This document shows positions 1-8,689 of a DNA stretch of 56,093 nucleotides, in pieces (position 1 is the stretch's first letter; every line of letters starts with the position of its first letter). The notes under the pieces are model-generated. The model made no database searches. It saw nothing but the letters and a program-made list of their open reading frames with translations, and had not been told where the DNA came from. Position numbers and translations under genes: made by a program. This stretch comes from Spirochaetota bacterium (GTDB lineage: Bacteria > Spirochaetota > UBA4802 > JAGODF01), in assembly GCA_035431765.1 (NCBI GenBank), contig DAOMJL010000002.1, positions 1-56,093 of the forward strand, in the 5' to 3' direction.

Positions 1-419
1 AGTCCTGCACGGGTGCCTTCTTCCAGGATGGCTTTTACTAAATCTGTTTCTTCCTGTAAACCGCGGTCCCTTGCTTTCCGGATCGTATCGTACTGATCGG
101 CAATGTCATACATGTTTATGGAGTACTCTCTCCGGAAGTTGATCATAAAATCGAGGTGTATGTTGATATAATGCTCCAGTTTGCCTGTGGAGTCGCCGGA
201 ATGTTGGTCCAGCTCTTTTTTCATTTTGTTCATCTTTTCTTTCTGAATGTGCAAAAAGACTTCTGAAATAATTTCGTCTTTGTTTTTGAAATAATAATAT
301 AATGCTGAAGTTGTAAGCTTGCATTCTCTGGCGATGTCTTCAATGGTTGTTTTTTTTATTCCATACCGTTTTATGAGAGTGGTGGCATTTGATATAATCA
401 GGGTTCGTTTCCGGTCCAT
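1..419 (-). CDS. TetR/AcrR family transcriptional regulator (3' end runs off the window)
   Basis: Manual translation from ATG at 419 gives MDRKRTLIISNATTLIKRYGIKKTTIEDIARECKLTTSALYYYFKNKDEI, a classic TetR N-terminal HTH. It is absent from the ORF track because no stop lies in the window. Confidence 0.85.
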   Translation of the reverse strand, partial: MDRKRTLIISNATTLIKRYGIKKTTIEDIARECKLTTSALYYYFKNKDEIISEVFLHIQKEKMNKMKKELDQHSGDSTGKLEHYINIHLDFMINFRREYSINMYDIADQYDTIRKARDRGLQEETDLVKAILEEGTRAG

Positions 420-584
420 TGTGTTCCTTTTGTATTACTGCAGTCATTATAATAATATTATCTTTTAATCAAATTTTCAATTTGTTATTAAATTATAAAA
501 TCAGTGGTCTTTGTCAAGATGAATTTTATTTCTTAAAATAGCATGCCATATCGTGCGCTGAGCATTCTCATTCCCATTATTGTA

Positions 585-1196
585 TTAAAAAATAATTTTG
601 TATCCAAGGGCAAGGGTTGCGCAGTCATTAAAATGAAGGTGCTCATGGTCGTCCCAGAAATAAGCCTTCATGTAGGTGTCCAGCATGGTAATTTCAGCGT
701 AAAACCCATGGATTACCTCCAGTAATCGGCTCCTTATCAGCACCTGTATCCCGAAATTTAATGCCCCATGGAATCCTGTGGGGGGATAATACCAGTCGGG
801 GCAATCTGTTGAATACTGCCAGTGAACACTTTTGTCCAGGGCGAAAAGAAATGTCGCTCCCAGATAAAGGGGTGATATTTCACATATATCACCGAGGGAG
901 ATGCGTATGGGATATATTGAGTTTTTCCATGACATGGTATGAATTTCCCTTCCTCCAATCTCTTCCGGTACATATCCATAGAAAAGTGTGCTTTCCCAGA
1001 ATCGGTGAAAGGAAAGGTAGCCGATGCCTCCTGCCGCATAGCCGATATATCCTGCGGTCTGTACAGAAATAAGGTCAGGAATATACCATGGACGTCCGGG
1101 GTTGTGTTCAAGCGCTGCGGTGTTATCAACCATAATAAAAACAAGAGTAATAATCAGGGCAGCCGCTACACAACATCTGTTATTCAGAAGGTACAT
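585..1196 (-). CDS. Hypothetical secreted/outer-membrane beta-barrel-like protein
   Basis: 203-aa ORF with a hydrophobic N-terminal signal-like segment, aromatic-rich alternating pattern and C-terminal ...LGYKIIF (terminal Phe is typical of OMPs). Its start overlaps the upstream gene's stop by 13 nt. Confidence 0.6.
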   Translation of the reverse strand: MYLLNNRCCVAAALIITLVFIMVDNTAALEHNPGRPWYIPDLISVQTAGYIGYAAGGIGYLSFHRFWESTLFYGYVPEEIGGREIHTMSWKNSIYPIRISLGDICEISPLYLGATFLFALDKSVHWQYSTDCPDWYYPPTGFHGALNFGIQVLIRSRLLEVIHGFYAEITMLDTYMKAYFWDDHEHLHFNDCATLALGYKIIF

Positions 1197-2056
1197 CGTT
1201 CAACCTCGAAAATACCATTGTTGAATGTGACCACCATGTAATGACCGTATCCGGGACTACCGATTTGATACCGGGGTACACCGTTCACCATATCTTCTTT
1301 GCTGTTTTCGTGGGCATGGCCGTGAATGGCGCAGTCAAAGTATTCTGATATTATGTTGTTAAATGTGTCCACCTGCGACTGACTGAATCTGTTGAAGGCG
1401 CATCCGGAATTGTCAATATGCGCAAACAATACACGATGCGCGGCAGTGCTGGACGATGCCTTTTGCGCAAGCCATCCGTAATCGGGTTCGCTGCTTTCCC
1501 AGTTATTGTTATGGAAACATATGAATTCTGTGCCGAGAAACGAAAACGAAAAGTTCAGAGGGCCATACATCTTTTCGAAAATTTCAATTCCATAATCAAG
1601 ACAATCGTGATTACCGATTATATTGATATAAGGATATTTCAGTTTTTTTATAACATCATATCCCCAGTTAAATTCCCTTAATAGCCCCTGGTTGGTTGTA
1701 TCTCCGATAATGACTACAAAATCCAGATCACTGCGGGAATTGAAAATACCGATGACCTTTTTTGTCTCTGTGTAGAAATGATGGGTGTCGGATATTAGCC
1801 CGAATCTGTAGGTGTTGCCGTATTCCCTGCCGGCCTCAAGTGCTGCAATCTTTTCAAGATTACCGGCATTCAGGTTTTCATAATCAACATTTGTCATATA
1901 GGGTGAATATTCCAGGTCAAAATAGCAGCCCGGCAGGAGCAGCGCCGGCATTGACGCAAGGGCTGAATATCCCAGATTGCGAAGAAATTGTTTCCGGTTT
2001 AATGGGCGGTCGGCATTTGTTAATAAAATGTGCGAGTTGAGATTTTTTTTATTCAT
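1184..2056 (-). CDS. Calcineurin-like metallophosphoesterase, probable lipoprotein
   Basis: Motifs ISDTHH, IGDTTNQG, GNHD and HGHAH are present. The N-terminus has RKQFLRNLG...LLLPGC, a signal with a lipobox-like Cys. Confidence 0.85.
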   Translation of the reverse strand: MNKKNLNSHILLTNADRPLNRKQFLRNLGYSALASMPALLLPGCYFDLEYSPYMTNVDYENLNAGNLEKIAALEAGREYGNTYRFGLISDTHHFYTETKKVIGIFNSRSDLDFVVIIGDTTNQGLLREFNWGYDVIKKLKYPYINIIGNHDCLDYGIEIFEKMYGPLNFSFSFLGTEFICFHNNNWESSEPDYGWLAQKASSSTAAHRVLFAHIDNSGCAFNRFSQSQVDTFNNIISEYFDCAIHGHAHENSKEDMVNGVPRYQIGSPGYGHYMVVTFNNGIFEVERCTF

Positions 2057-2238
2057 CAGAAGCCTCCCGTAAATGAAAAATTGATGAATTTAAAAAAATA
2101 GTATATAATTCAAATTAATCACGGGATTGTGTGCGGTCAATAAAAAATTTGAAAATATTGTAAAATATTCAAATATTTGGAACTATTTTTATACTGGAAA
2201 GTTTGAAATTAAAGACTGTGGGGGAAAAAAGAAATTTA

Positions 2239-2886
2239 TTACTTCTCTGCCTGGAAATACCAGTGGGATATAATTTTTGTGAGGTTCCCCGGTATGCTTC
2301 GTTCCATTAAGCCGTAGCTGAGGCGGGAAAAGGAGGCAAGGGCCGGTGAAAGTTCTCCTTCGTCATAAAAGGACACCACCGAATTTTTTATATCATGGAG
2401 ATCTGTAATCCAGACATTGTTTCCCACATGTCGGCCGCTGCGGAGCATGGTGTCCCGCGCTGAACGCAGTGTGCCGAAAAGCGATCCTCCTGGTTTTATC
2501 ACACGGTGGATTTCGGCGATAATGCGGCCCATGTCTTCTTTTGTGCAGTAGTGAAGTGATCCCCATGCTACCGCGAAATCGATGGACCCGGCGGGGAATG
2601 GCAGTGCGGTATTGTCACCCTGGACAAGAAGGGATTCCGGATAGAGCTCGCTGCAGACATGAAGGGCATTCATGCTGAAATCAAGGCCGGCCACAGTCCC
2701 AATGCCCGCTTCATGCATGAATTTCAAATGTCTCCCGGTTCCGCAGCCCATGTCGAGAGCGATGAGTTCAGCGGGGTGACGTTTTTTTAGCAGGGGAGTC
2801 ATCATGCGGACAAGCGTTTCGTCAGGATAAATAAGAACAGATTTATCCCTGGTGTAATGCGAGTTCCATGAATCGGATTTATGCAT
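2239..2886 (-). CDS. Class I SAM-dependent methyltransferase
   Basis: Motif I is LDMGCGTGRH and the post-I/II region is IKPGGSLFGT. The start overlaps the ATP-grasp stop by 8 nt. Confidence 0.85.
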   Translation of the reverse strand: MHKSDSWNSHYTRDKSVLIYPDETLVRMMTPLLKKRHPAELIALDMGCGTGRHLKFMHEAGIGTVAGLDFSMNALHVCSELYPESLLVQGDNTALPFPAGSIDFAVAWGSLHYCTKEDMGRIIAEIHRVIKPGGSLFGTLRSARDTMLRSGRHVGNNVWITDLHDIKNSVVSFYDEGELSPALASFSRLSYGLMERSIPGNLTKIISHWYFQAEK

Positions 2887-4129
2887 TGCTTCTGTCCGGG
2901 ACGGGGGCAGCTGTCTGTATCATAATTTGTTTCTCTTCGATTGCATATTCAGCATTGTCAATTGCATCTTCGCGGGTTTTCCCTCTGGTGATGACGACAC
3001 CGATTCTGTCATGATTGGTAACAGGGGCTGAAACGGGATCACCTGGATTTTTAAACATTTTCCCAAAGATGAGACCAGTTGATCGGGGGTTGCTACTGTC
3101 CTTAAATGTACTGATTGTGCCTTTTCGTCCGGTGATAAATCGCACCGCTATTGCTTTTCTTGAAGATTTCGCATTGGGAGGAATGAAATTCCCTCCCGTA
3201 ACTGCATTTATTGTTTCATGGATAAAATTATATCCGGTCCGTTCAGGTATCAGAATATCTGGCAGATATTCTCCGCCGAATTCCGGAACTGCCTCAATAC
3301 AATACAGGTTTTCGTCAGCGGTGATACGAAGCTCCATAATCAGAGGCGATGAAGAAATATCGAAGGCGTCAGTTATCATCTGACCGATCTCAATGATCTT
3401 TTCTCTAAGGTGGAAGTATTTTGAAGGTGAAATGTGAATGATATCAACAAAATAGGGGGGTAGTGATGTGATTTTGTCGCTGATATCAGCCAAATGGTAT
3501 GTACCGTTGTGTACAATACCTGCTGCAATTATTTCATCCCCCTCAATGTATTCCTCAAGGAGAAACCTGCTATTTCTTGATATATTTCCTGAAAAGAAAT
3601 TCTGCAGGCCGGCAAAGTCCTGAATCAGCTTAACATTCTTTTTTGCATGGCCAACAGGGGGCTTTATGACCAGGGGGAATTTGCTGCTGTGCAGTGACCG
3701 CAGGCTCTTCGTGTCAATGATTCTGTATGCGGGAGTGGGTATATCGTTTGCAGTAAAAACAGCTTTCATTAACTCCTTGTGAATAAAATCATCAATCCGG
3801 CTGAACGGCACGAGGGGGATATTAAATCTTTCCCCTAAGTAACATGCTGTTTTAACCGCTTCGCCGTATGATTTCGAGAGTACGCACTTCACGTTGCTTA
3901 TCATGAGGGTTTCCTGCAGGGAAACATATATTTCCTCATAATTAGTGACCGATTCCTGAATCTTCAGATGACAGCTGTTCATGCCCGGCGCCTGGAGGTT
4001 GGCATCAACACCTACCACAAGAAAGCCTAGCTTTCTTGCTTCCTGAATGAGCTTCAGCTGGTGTATTCCTGCGCCGACTGAAACGAATACAGGCTTCAGG
4101 TCTTTTTTCCATTTATTTAAAAAAATCAT
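2879..4129 (-). CDS. ATP-grasp domain ligase (L-amino-acid-ligase-like architecture)
   Basis: 416 aa with an N-terminal Rossmann-like pre-ATP-grasp segment (VFVSVGAGIHQLKLIQEARKLGF), a central FPLVIKPPVGHAKK / LLEEYIEGDE ATP-grasp core, and a C-terminal extension of about 100 aa. Confidence 0.8.
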   Translation of the reverse strand: MIFLNKWKKDLKPVFVSVGAGIHQLKLIQEARKLGFLVVGVDANLQAPGMNSCHLKIQESVTNYEEIYVSLQETLMISNVKCVLSKSYGEAVKTACYLGERFNIPLVPFSRIDDFIHKELMKAVFTANDIPTPAYRIIDTKSLRSLHSSKFPLVIKPPVGHAKKNVKLIQDFAGLQNFFSGNISRNSRFLLEEYIEGDEIIAAGIVHNGTYHLADISDKITSLPPYFVDIIHISPSKYFHLREKIIEIGQMITDAFDISSSPLIMELRITADENLYCIEAVPEFGGEYLPDILIPERTGYNFIHETINAVTGGNFIPPNAKSSRKAIAVRFITGRKGTISTFKDSSNPRSTGLIFGKMFKNPGDPVSAPVTNHDRIGVVITRGKTREDAIDNAEYAIEEKQIMIQTAAPVPDRSNA

Positions 4130-4484
4130 ATTCCCGGGTTATATTTTTTTTACTACATGCAGTCCGGCGTTACCTGTCAAATTGCAGCATATTGAACGCG
4201 GCATGGTAATATCATAGTATCGACATTTTTCTTTATTGTATTGATATCCATGGCCTGATAAATCAATTACTTTATTACAATATTCGCGGGTAAACAGAAA
4301 AAATTTGTATATTCAGTATCATACAAAACGGAATAAATTCTCCGGCTATCCGGCATCAATTATTTTACTTGAAATACTGTCAGATTCATTATATTCTGAA
4401 AATGATGTCAGGGAAACATGTGAAGAAATATGACGTATCGTACAAGAATATATCAGGAAGGATCACCCCGGTGCTGATGATACA

Positions 4485-7184
4485 ATGGACGTGATGGAAA
4501 AATCAGAACACATTTACCGCACTCTCCTCCAGACTCTGCCGGATATTGTATATGAGATAAATATGGAAGGAGTTTTTACTTACCTCAATGATGCAATTGT
4601 AAAAATCGGGTATACTCCGGAAGAGCTCATCGGCAGCCACTTCAGTGTAATAATTCATGATGATGATATCAAAAATGTGCAGCGGGATATCGTACTGACA
4701 CGGCTTCAGGGGAAAAATATTGGAGATAATAATTCTCCCCGTCTTTTCGATGAACGGAGGACCGGCAAGCGTTTTACAAATCTTCTCCGTGTGCGGCTGA
4801 AACAGAAAACCAAATCTGAATACAGCTATTATGCGGTTAAACATCCCGTTGTTGAAGTCGTTTCGATCGGTCTGTATGATTACAAAAACGGTGTGAACCC
4901 GCAGTTCAGGGGCACCATCGGCATCATGCGTGATGTTTCCCATGACAACCGCTCAATGAAAATGGTGGTGCAGACTGAAAATCATTACCGGCTGCTTCTG
5001 GAAAATTCTTCAGACATCATTACCATTCTTGCCAACGACGGCACTATCCTTTTTAAAAGTCATTCAAATGAAAAACTTATGGGTTACGCTCCGGTTGCGG
5101 TAATCGGTGAATGCGAGCTTGACTATATTCACGCAGATGATGTACCGAAAATTAACAGTATCCTTAAGGAAGAAAAAAAACTTCCCGGAAGCGGAACAGA
5201 GGTCGAATACCGCTATCGGAACAGCAAGAGCGAGTGGCGGATACTGCATACCGCATTACGCAGGATTGCAGGTGAAGCGGATTCGACACGGTGTTTTATA
5301 CTCAATTCCAGGGATGTCACGGCGCATCATGAAGCTGAAAAGAGATTCAAGCTGATTGAAAACAATGTCACAGATCTGTTCTGGATCCGGGATCTCGATT
5401 TTTTGCCGGTGTACATCAGCCCTTCTGTGGAAATGGTGAGAGGGTATAGTGTTGAAGAGGCGATGAAGCAGCGGATTGAGGAGTTTGTAACTCCCGAATC
5501 CCTGAAACTTCTTGAGAATATTTATCGTAAGGAAATGGATTGTGAAAAGAAAGGTTCCGTGAACCAGAACCGATCAACGACTGTTGAAGTTGAATGTATA
5601 CATAAGGATGGGTCACACCGATGGCTTGAGGTGAAAGCTTCATTCCTCCGTGATGAAAAGGGGGAGGCGGTGGGATTTGTCGGCGTTGACCGGGACATTA
5701 CTGAACGGAAGGAAATGGAGAAGTCCCTCAGGGAAAGCCAGAAAAAGGAGTTGCGGAATGCGTTGAATCTGGCATTTCTCTCGCGGGCGGCAATGGAACT
5801 GGTTGAGATCGGTTCGCAGGAAAATATTTATGATTTTATCAGCGGAAAGGTGCGCGAGCTGTCCGGAAACGCCGTTGTAATTATATTGTCCTATGATGCA
5901 TTTTCAAAAACAATCACCATCGAATCCTTTTCCGGACCCGTCGGGATTCTGGATTTCCTTATTTCAATTACAAATCAGAATCCTGTTGGTCAACGAATAC
6001 ATATACACGATGAAGAAGTCCTGAAACGGGCCGGGAATTCTGAACTTGAATTAGTTAAGGGGGGTCTTTCAGAATTAACGCTGGGGGCAATTGCAAAAGA
6101 AGATGCCGCGAAATTTACCGCTCACTTCAATCTCGGGTCAGTCTATTCTATCAGCCTTGTGTCAAAGGGTGAAATGCAGGGCCTCGTTGGAATTCTGTTG
6201 CCCGGCGATGTGCCCCTTGCGGGCAAAGATGTTCTGGAAACGCTGATCCATCAGTCAGCTATTGTGCTGCAGAGAAAAAAGGCTATGGATGCCCTGCAGG
6301 AAAGCGAAGAACGGTACAGAACGCTGGTGCAGAATGCCGGTGATATTATCTTCGGAACAGATGTGAATGGGAGCATCATGTTCGTGAATCCCGTGGCACA
6401 GCGCATCATCGGGTATGGCGGGGAGGATATCATCGGGAAGCAGTTTGTCAATATGATCAGGCAGGACTATCAGGAAGGCGCGCGAAGGTTTTTCGGGCTG
6501 CAGTTCGTCAAACGGATCAGCAATACCTATTATGAATATCCCGTGGTTTCGGGGGAGGGGCGTGAAGTATGGCTTGGACAGAATACGCAGCTTGTCTATG
6601 AAGGTGACCGGGTCCTGGGATATCAGGCTGTGGCACGGGACATTACTGAGCTGAAAGTCATTCAGGATAAACTGCTGTATTTATCGACCCATGATTATCT
6701 CACGGAACTGCCGAACCGTGCGCTCTTTCAGGAAAAGCTGTCCTTTGTCCTTGCCAGCGCCAGGCGGAGAAAGCAGCTTGCGGGAGTGCTTTTTCTTGAT
6801 CTCGACGGTTTTAAAACCGTCAACGATACCTATGGACATGATATGGGAGATATGCTCCTGAAGATTGTGGCGAAACGCCTGATCGAGTGTGTTCGGGAGG
6901 TTGATATCGTGTCACGCATGGGAGGTGATGAGTTCACAATAATATTAGAAAGTGTCCAGAACCTGCAGGAGATTATTTCCATCGCAAAGAGAATTATTGT
7001 TTCAATAGCGAATCCCTACAATCTGGGAGAAAATGAGGTAAGTCTCACGGCGAGTGTCGGGATCGCAGTATTCCCCACTGACGGCATGACAGGGGACCTG
7101 CTTCTCAAGAGAGCAGACGACGCGATGTACCGGGCAAAGGAAAAAGGAAAAAATAATTACCACTTTTACAGTGATCCCCTGTGA
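4485..7184 (+). CDS. Multi-PAS sensor diguanylate cyclase (GGDEF)
   Basis: 899 aa with several PAS/PAC-like blocks (e.g. ...RDITERKEME, ARDITELK). The C-terminal domain has GGDEF with an RxxD I-site (REVD) five residues upstream. Confidence 0.92.
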   Translation: MDVMEKSEHIYRTLLQTLPDIVYEINMEGVFTYLNDAIVKIGYTPEELIGSHFSVIIHDDDIKNVQRDIVLTRLQGKNIGDNNSPRLFDERRTGKRFTNLLRVRLKQKTKSEYSYYAVKHPVVEVVSIGLYDYKNGVNPQFRGTIGIMRDVSHDNRSMKMVVQTENHYRLLLENSSDIITILANDGTILFKSHSNEKLMGYAPVAVIGECELDYIHADDVPKINSILKEEKKLPGSGTEVEYRYRNSKSEWRILHTALRRIAGEADSTRCFILNSRDVTAHHEAEKRFKLIENNVTDLFWIRDLDFLPVYISPSVEMVRGYSVEEAMKQRIEEFVTPESLKLLENIYRKEMDCEKKGSVNQNRSTTVEVECIHKDGSHRWLEVKASFLRDEKGEAVGFVGVDRDITERKEMEKSLRESQKKELRNALNLAFLSRAAMELVEIGSQENIYDFISGKVRELSGNAVVIILSYDAFSKTITIESFSGPVGILDFLISITNQNPVGQRIHIHDEEVLKRAGNSELELVKGGLSELTLGAIAKEDAAKFTAHFNLGSVYSISLVSKGEMQGLVGILLPGDVPLAGKDVLETLIHQSAIVLQRKKAMDALQESEERYRTLVQNAGDIIFGTDVNGSIMFVNPVAQRIIGYGGEDIIGKQFVNMIRQDYQEGARRFFGLQFVKRISNTYYEYPVVSGEGREVWLGQNTQLVYEGDRVLGYQAVARDITELKVIQDKLLYLSTHDYLTELPNRALFQEKLSFVLASARRRKQLAGVLFLDLDGFKTVNDTYGHDMGDMLLKIVAKRLIECVREVDIVSRMGGDEFTIILESVQNLQEIISIAKRIIVSIANPYNLGENEVSLTASVGIAVFPTDGMTGDLLLKRADDAMYRAKEKGKNNYHFYSDPL

Positions 7185-7199
7185 TTAGACTGCCTGCTT

Positions 7200-7769
7200 T
7201 CATGACGCGTAAATAACCGCAAGAATTTTTGCCGGCACTTCGTCCAGGCAGCTCACTCTGTGGGGTACCGTTGAATCATAATAGATGCTGTCTCCCGCTT
7301 CCAGGACATCGGTATATGTATCGAGCTGCACTTCGATGCGCCCCTCAAGGACAAAAATAAACTCCTCGCCTTCATGGCTGTAGGGCGCTCCTTTTCTCTC
7401 CATCGGCTCAAGGGTCACAAGAAAGGGTTCCATGCTGCGGTTTATCTTGTCCGGTGCGAGTGACTCATAGGAGTAACCATACCGGACACCTTCCTTTGAG
7501 GCGACCCGTGACGTGGCGACCCGCTCGTTCTTCCGCACAATCGTGTATGGGGACGTGCCTTCCTGCTTGAAGAATTTTCCGATTTCCAGATTCATTGCAT
7601 GGGAGAGTTTTATCAGTGCGCCCAGTGGAGGGGATATCAGATGGTTTTCAATCTGTGAAATAAATGCCGTGGAAAAACCTGTTTTATCAGCAATGTCCTG
7701 AAGGGTCATTCCCTTCATTTCTCTCAATTCTTTTATCTTTTCTCCGACTTTGATGTCACTTTCTGGCAT
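7200..7769 (-). CDS. XRE-family HTH plus cupin-domain transcriptional regulator
   Basis: The N-terminal HTH is MTLQDIADKTGFSTAFISQIENH. The C-terminal cupin-like segment is HEGEEFIFVLEGRIEV...GDSIYYDSTVPH. Confidence 0.88.
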   Translation of the reverse strand: MPESDIKVGEKIKELREMKGMTLQDIADKTGFSTAFISQIENHLISPPLGALIKLSHAMNLEIGKFFKQEGTSPYTIVRKNERVATSRVASKEGVRYGYSYESLAPDKINRSMEPFLVTLEPMERKGAPYSHEGEEFIFVLEGRIEVQLDTYTDVLEAGDSIYYDSTVPHRVSCLDEVPAKILAVIYAS

Positions 7770-7801
7770 AATAATTATTCTCCCCGGTATGAAGATTTAA
7801 C

Positions 7802-8689
7802 TCAGTTGTGCAAAACGGCATGCTGCTCGATGTGTCTGTATTTTTTTTCTGCAATATATTCCGCGATGAGCTTTCCTGCCTTATTGCTGTGGGTCTCGGT
7901 ATTGCTCGCAAGTTCTATGTATTCCGTGCGTGGAATAATAGCAATAAGTTTTTGCAGATTATCTGTTCCGTGAAGGGTGTCAGATGTCGCGCCGAAAATA
8001 ACACAGGGAGTGATAATGGTCCCCAGTTTGTCCCACACGGTATAGTTTTTAATCGCCAGGGCGTTTGCTTTCAGCTTGTAGGGGTCTGCTTCATCAAGGG
8101 TGTTCTCGTATTTTTTTACCTGCTCACGGGCGTTTTTTTTATCAAGGCGGAAGTTTTTCAGGTACCATTTTACAACGGGTTTTACGGCGAAATACAGGGA
8201 GGGATGAAATGCCGGAACGATATCACCCAGCACTTTCGGGAAGCGGAATTCCGCGTTGGGGCCGATCAGAAATGCACACTCCGGAATGCGCTGGTTCAGG
8301 GAGCAATACTCAAGGATTGCCGAGGCACCGAGGGAGCTTCCTGCAAGAAAAAAATTCTGTTTTTCCGGTATCAGCTCGTCAATCACTTCGCCAATATCTT
8401 TTCTGAGGCGGTCCATTGCGAAACTTACATTCATGTTCTGGGGAACCAGGGATGATCTTTTTTCACGGGTTTCCATGTAAATCGTTCTGAAATGCGGAGT
8501 GATCTCCTGGAGGACGCCTTTCCAGCCGGATATCAGCGATATCCACCCTGCGACAAAAATTATTACCGGTTTTTTCCTGTCAGCTGCTTCAGGTATAAAT
8601 TCAAATATCCGAAGCCTGACGCCGTCCGACATTCTCACATAATACTCTTTGAACTCTGTTCCGGAAGGGGTGTATTCTGAATATTCCAT
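7802..8689 (-). CDS. Alpha/beta hydrolase
   Basis: Nucleophile elbow GSSLG, with oxyanion-region IIFVAGW. SD-like GAGGGA lies 9 nt upstream of ATG 8689. An alternative ATG at 8632 would remove the 55-nt overlap with the upstream gene. Confidence 0.8.
   Translation of the reverse strand: MEYSEYTPSGTEFKEYYVRMSDGVRLRIFEFIPEAADRKKPVIIFVAGWISLISGWKGVLQEITPHFRTIYMETREKRSSLVPQNMNVSFAMDRLRKDIGEVIDELIPEKQNFFLAGSSLGASAILEYCSLNQRIPECAFLIGPNAEFRFPKVLGDIVPAFHPSLYFAVKPVVKWYLKNFRLDKKNAREQVKKYENTLDEADPYKLKANALAIKNYTVWDKLGTIITPCVIFGATSDTLHGTDNLQKLIAIIPRTEYIELASNTETHSNKAGKLIAEYIAEKKYRHIEQHAVLHN

Noticed and set aside
4139-4204. 21-codon minus-strand ORF (MPRSICCNLTGNAGLHVVKKI) ending 9 nt before the ATP-grasp start, considered as a RiPP/graspetide precursor
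   Set aside because: There is no SD upstream. The peptide lacks the Thr/Ser plus Asp/Glu-rich core expected for ATP-grasp macrocyclisation. An ORF this short is expected by chance. Check it only if the cluster proves conserved.
7808-8455. 215-aa plus-strand ORF, plus similar long antisense ORFs at 12341-12802, 17491-18081, 50993-51721 and 52009-52641
   Set aside because: Each lies inside, and opposite to, a gene with clear domain motifs or a better coding pattern. None has a start-site signal or recognisable family features.
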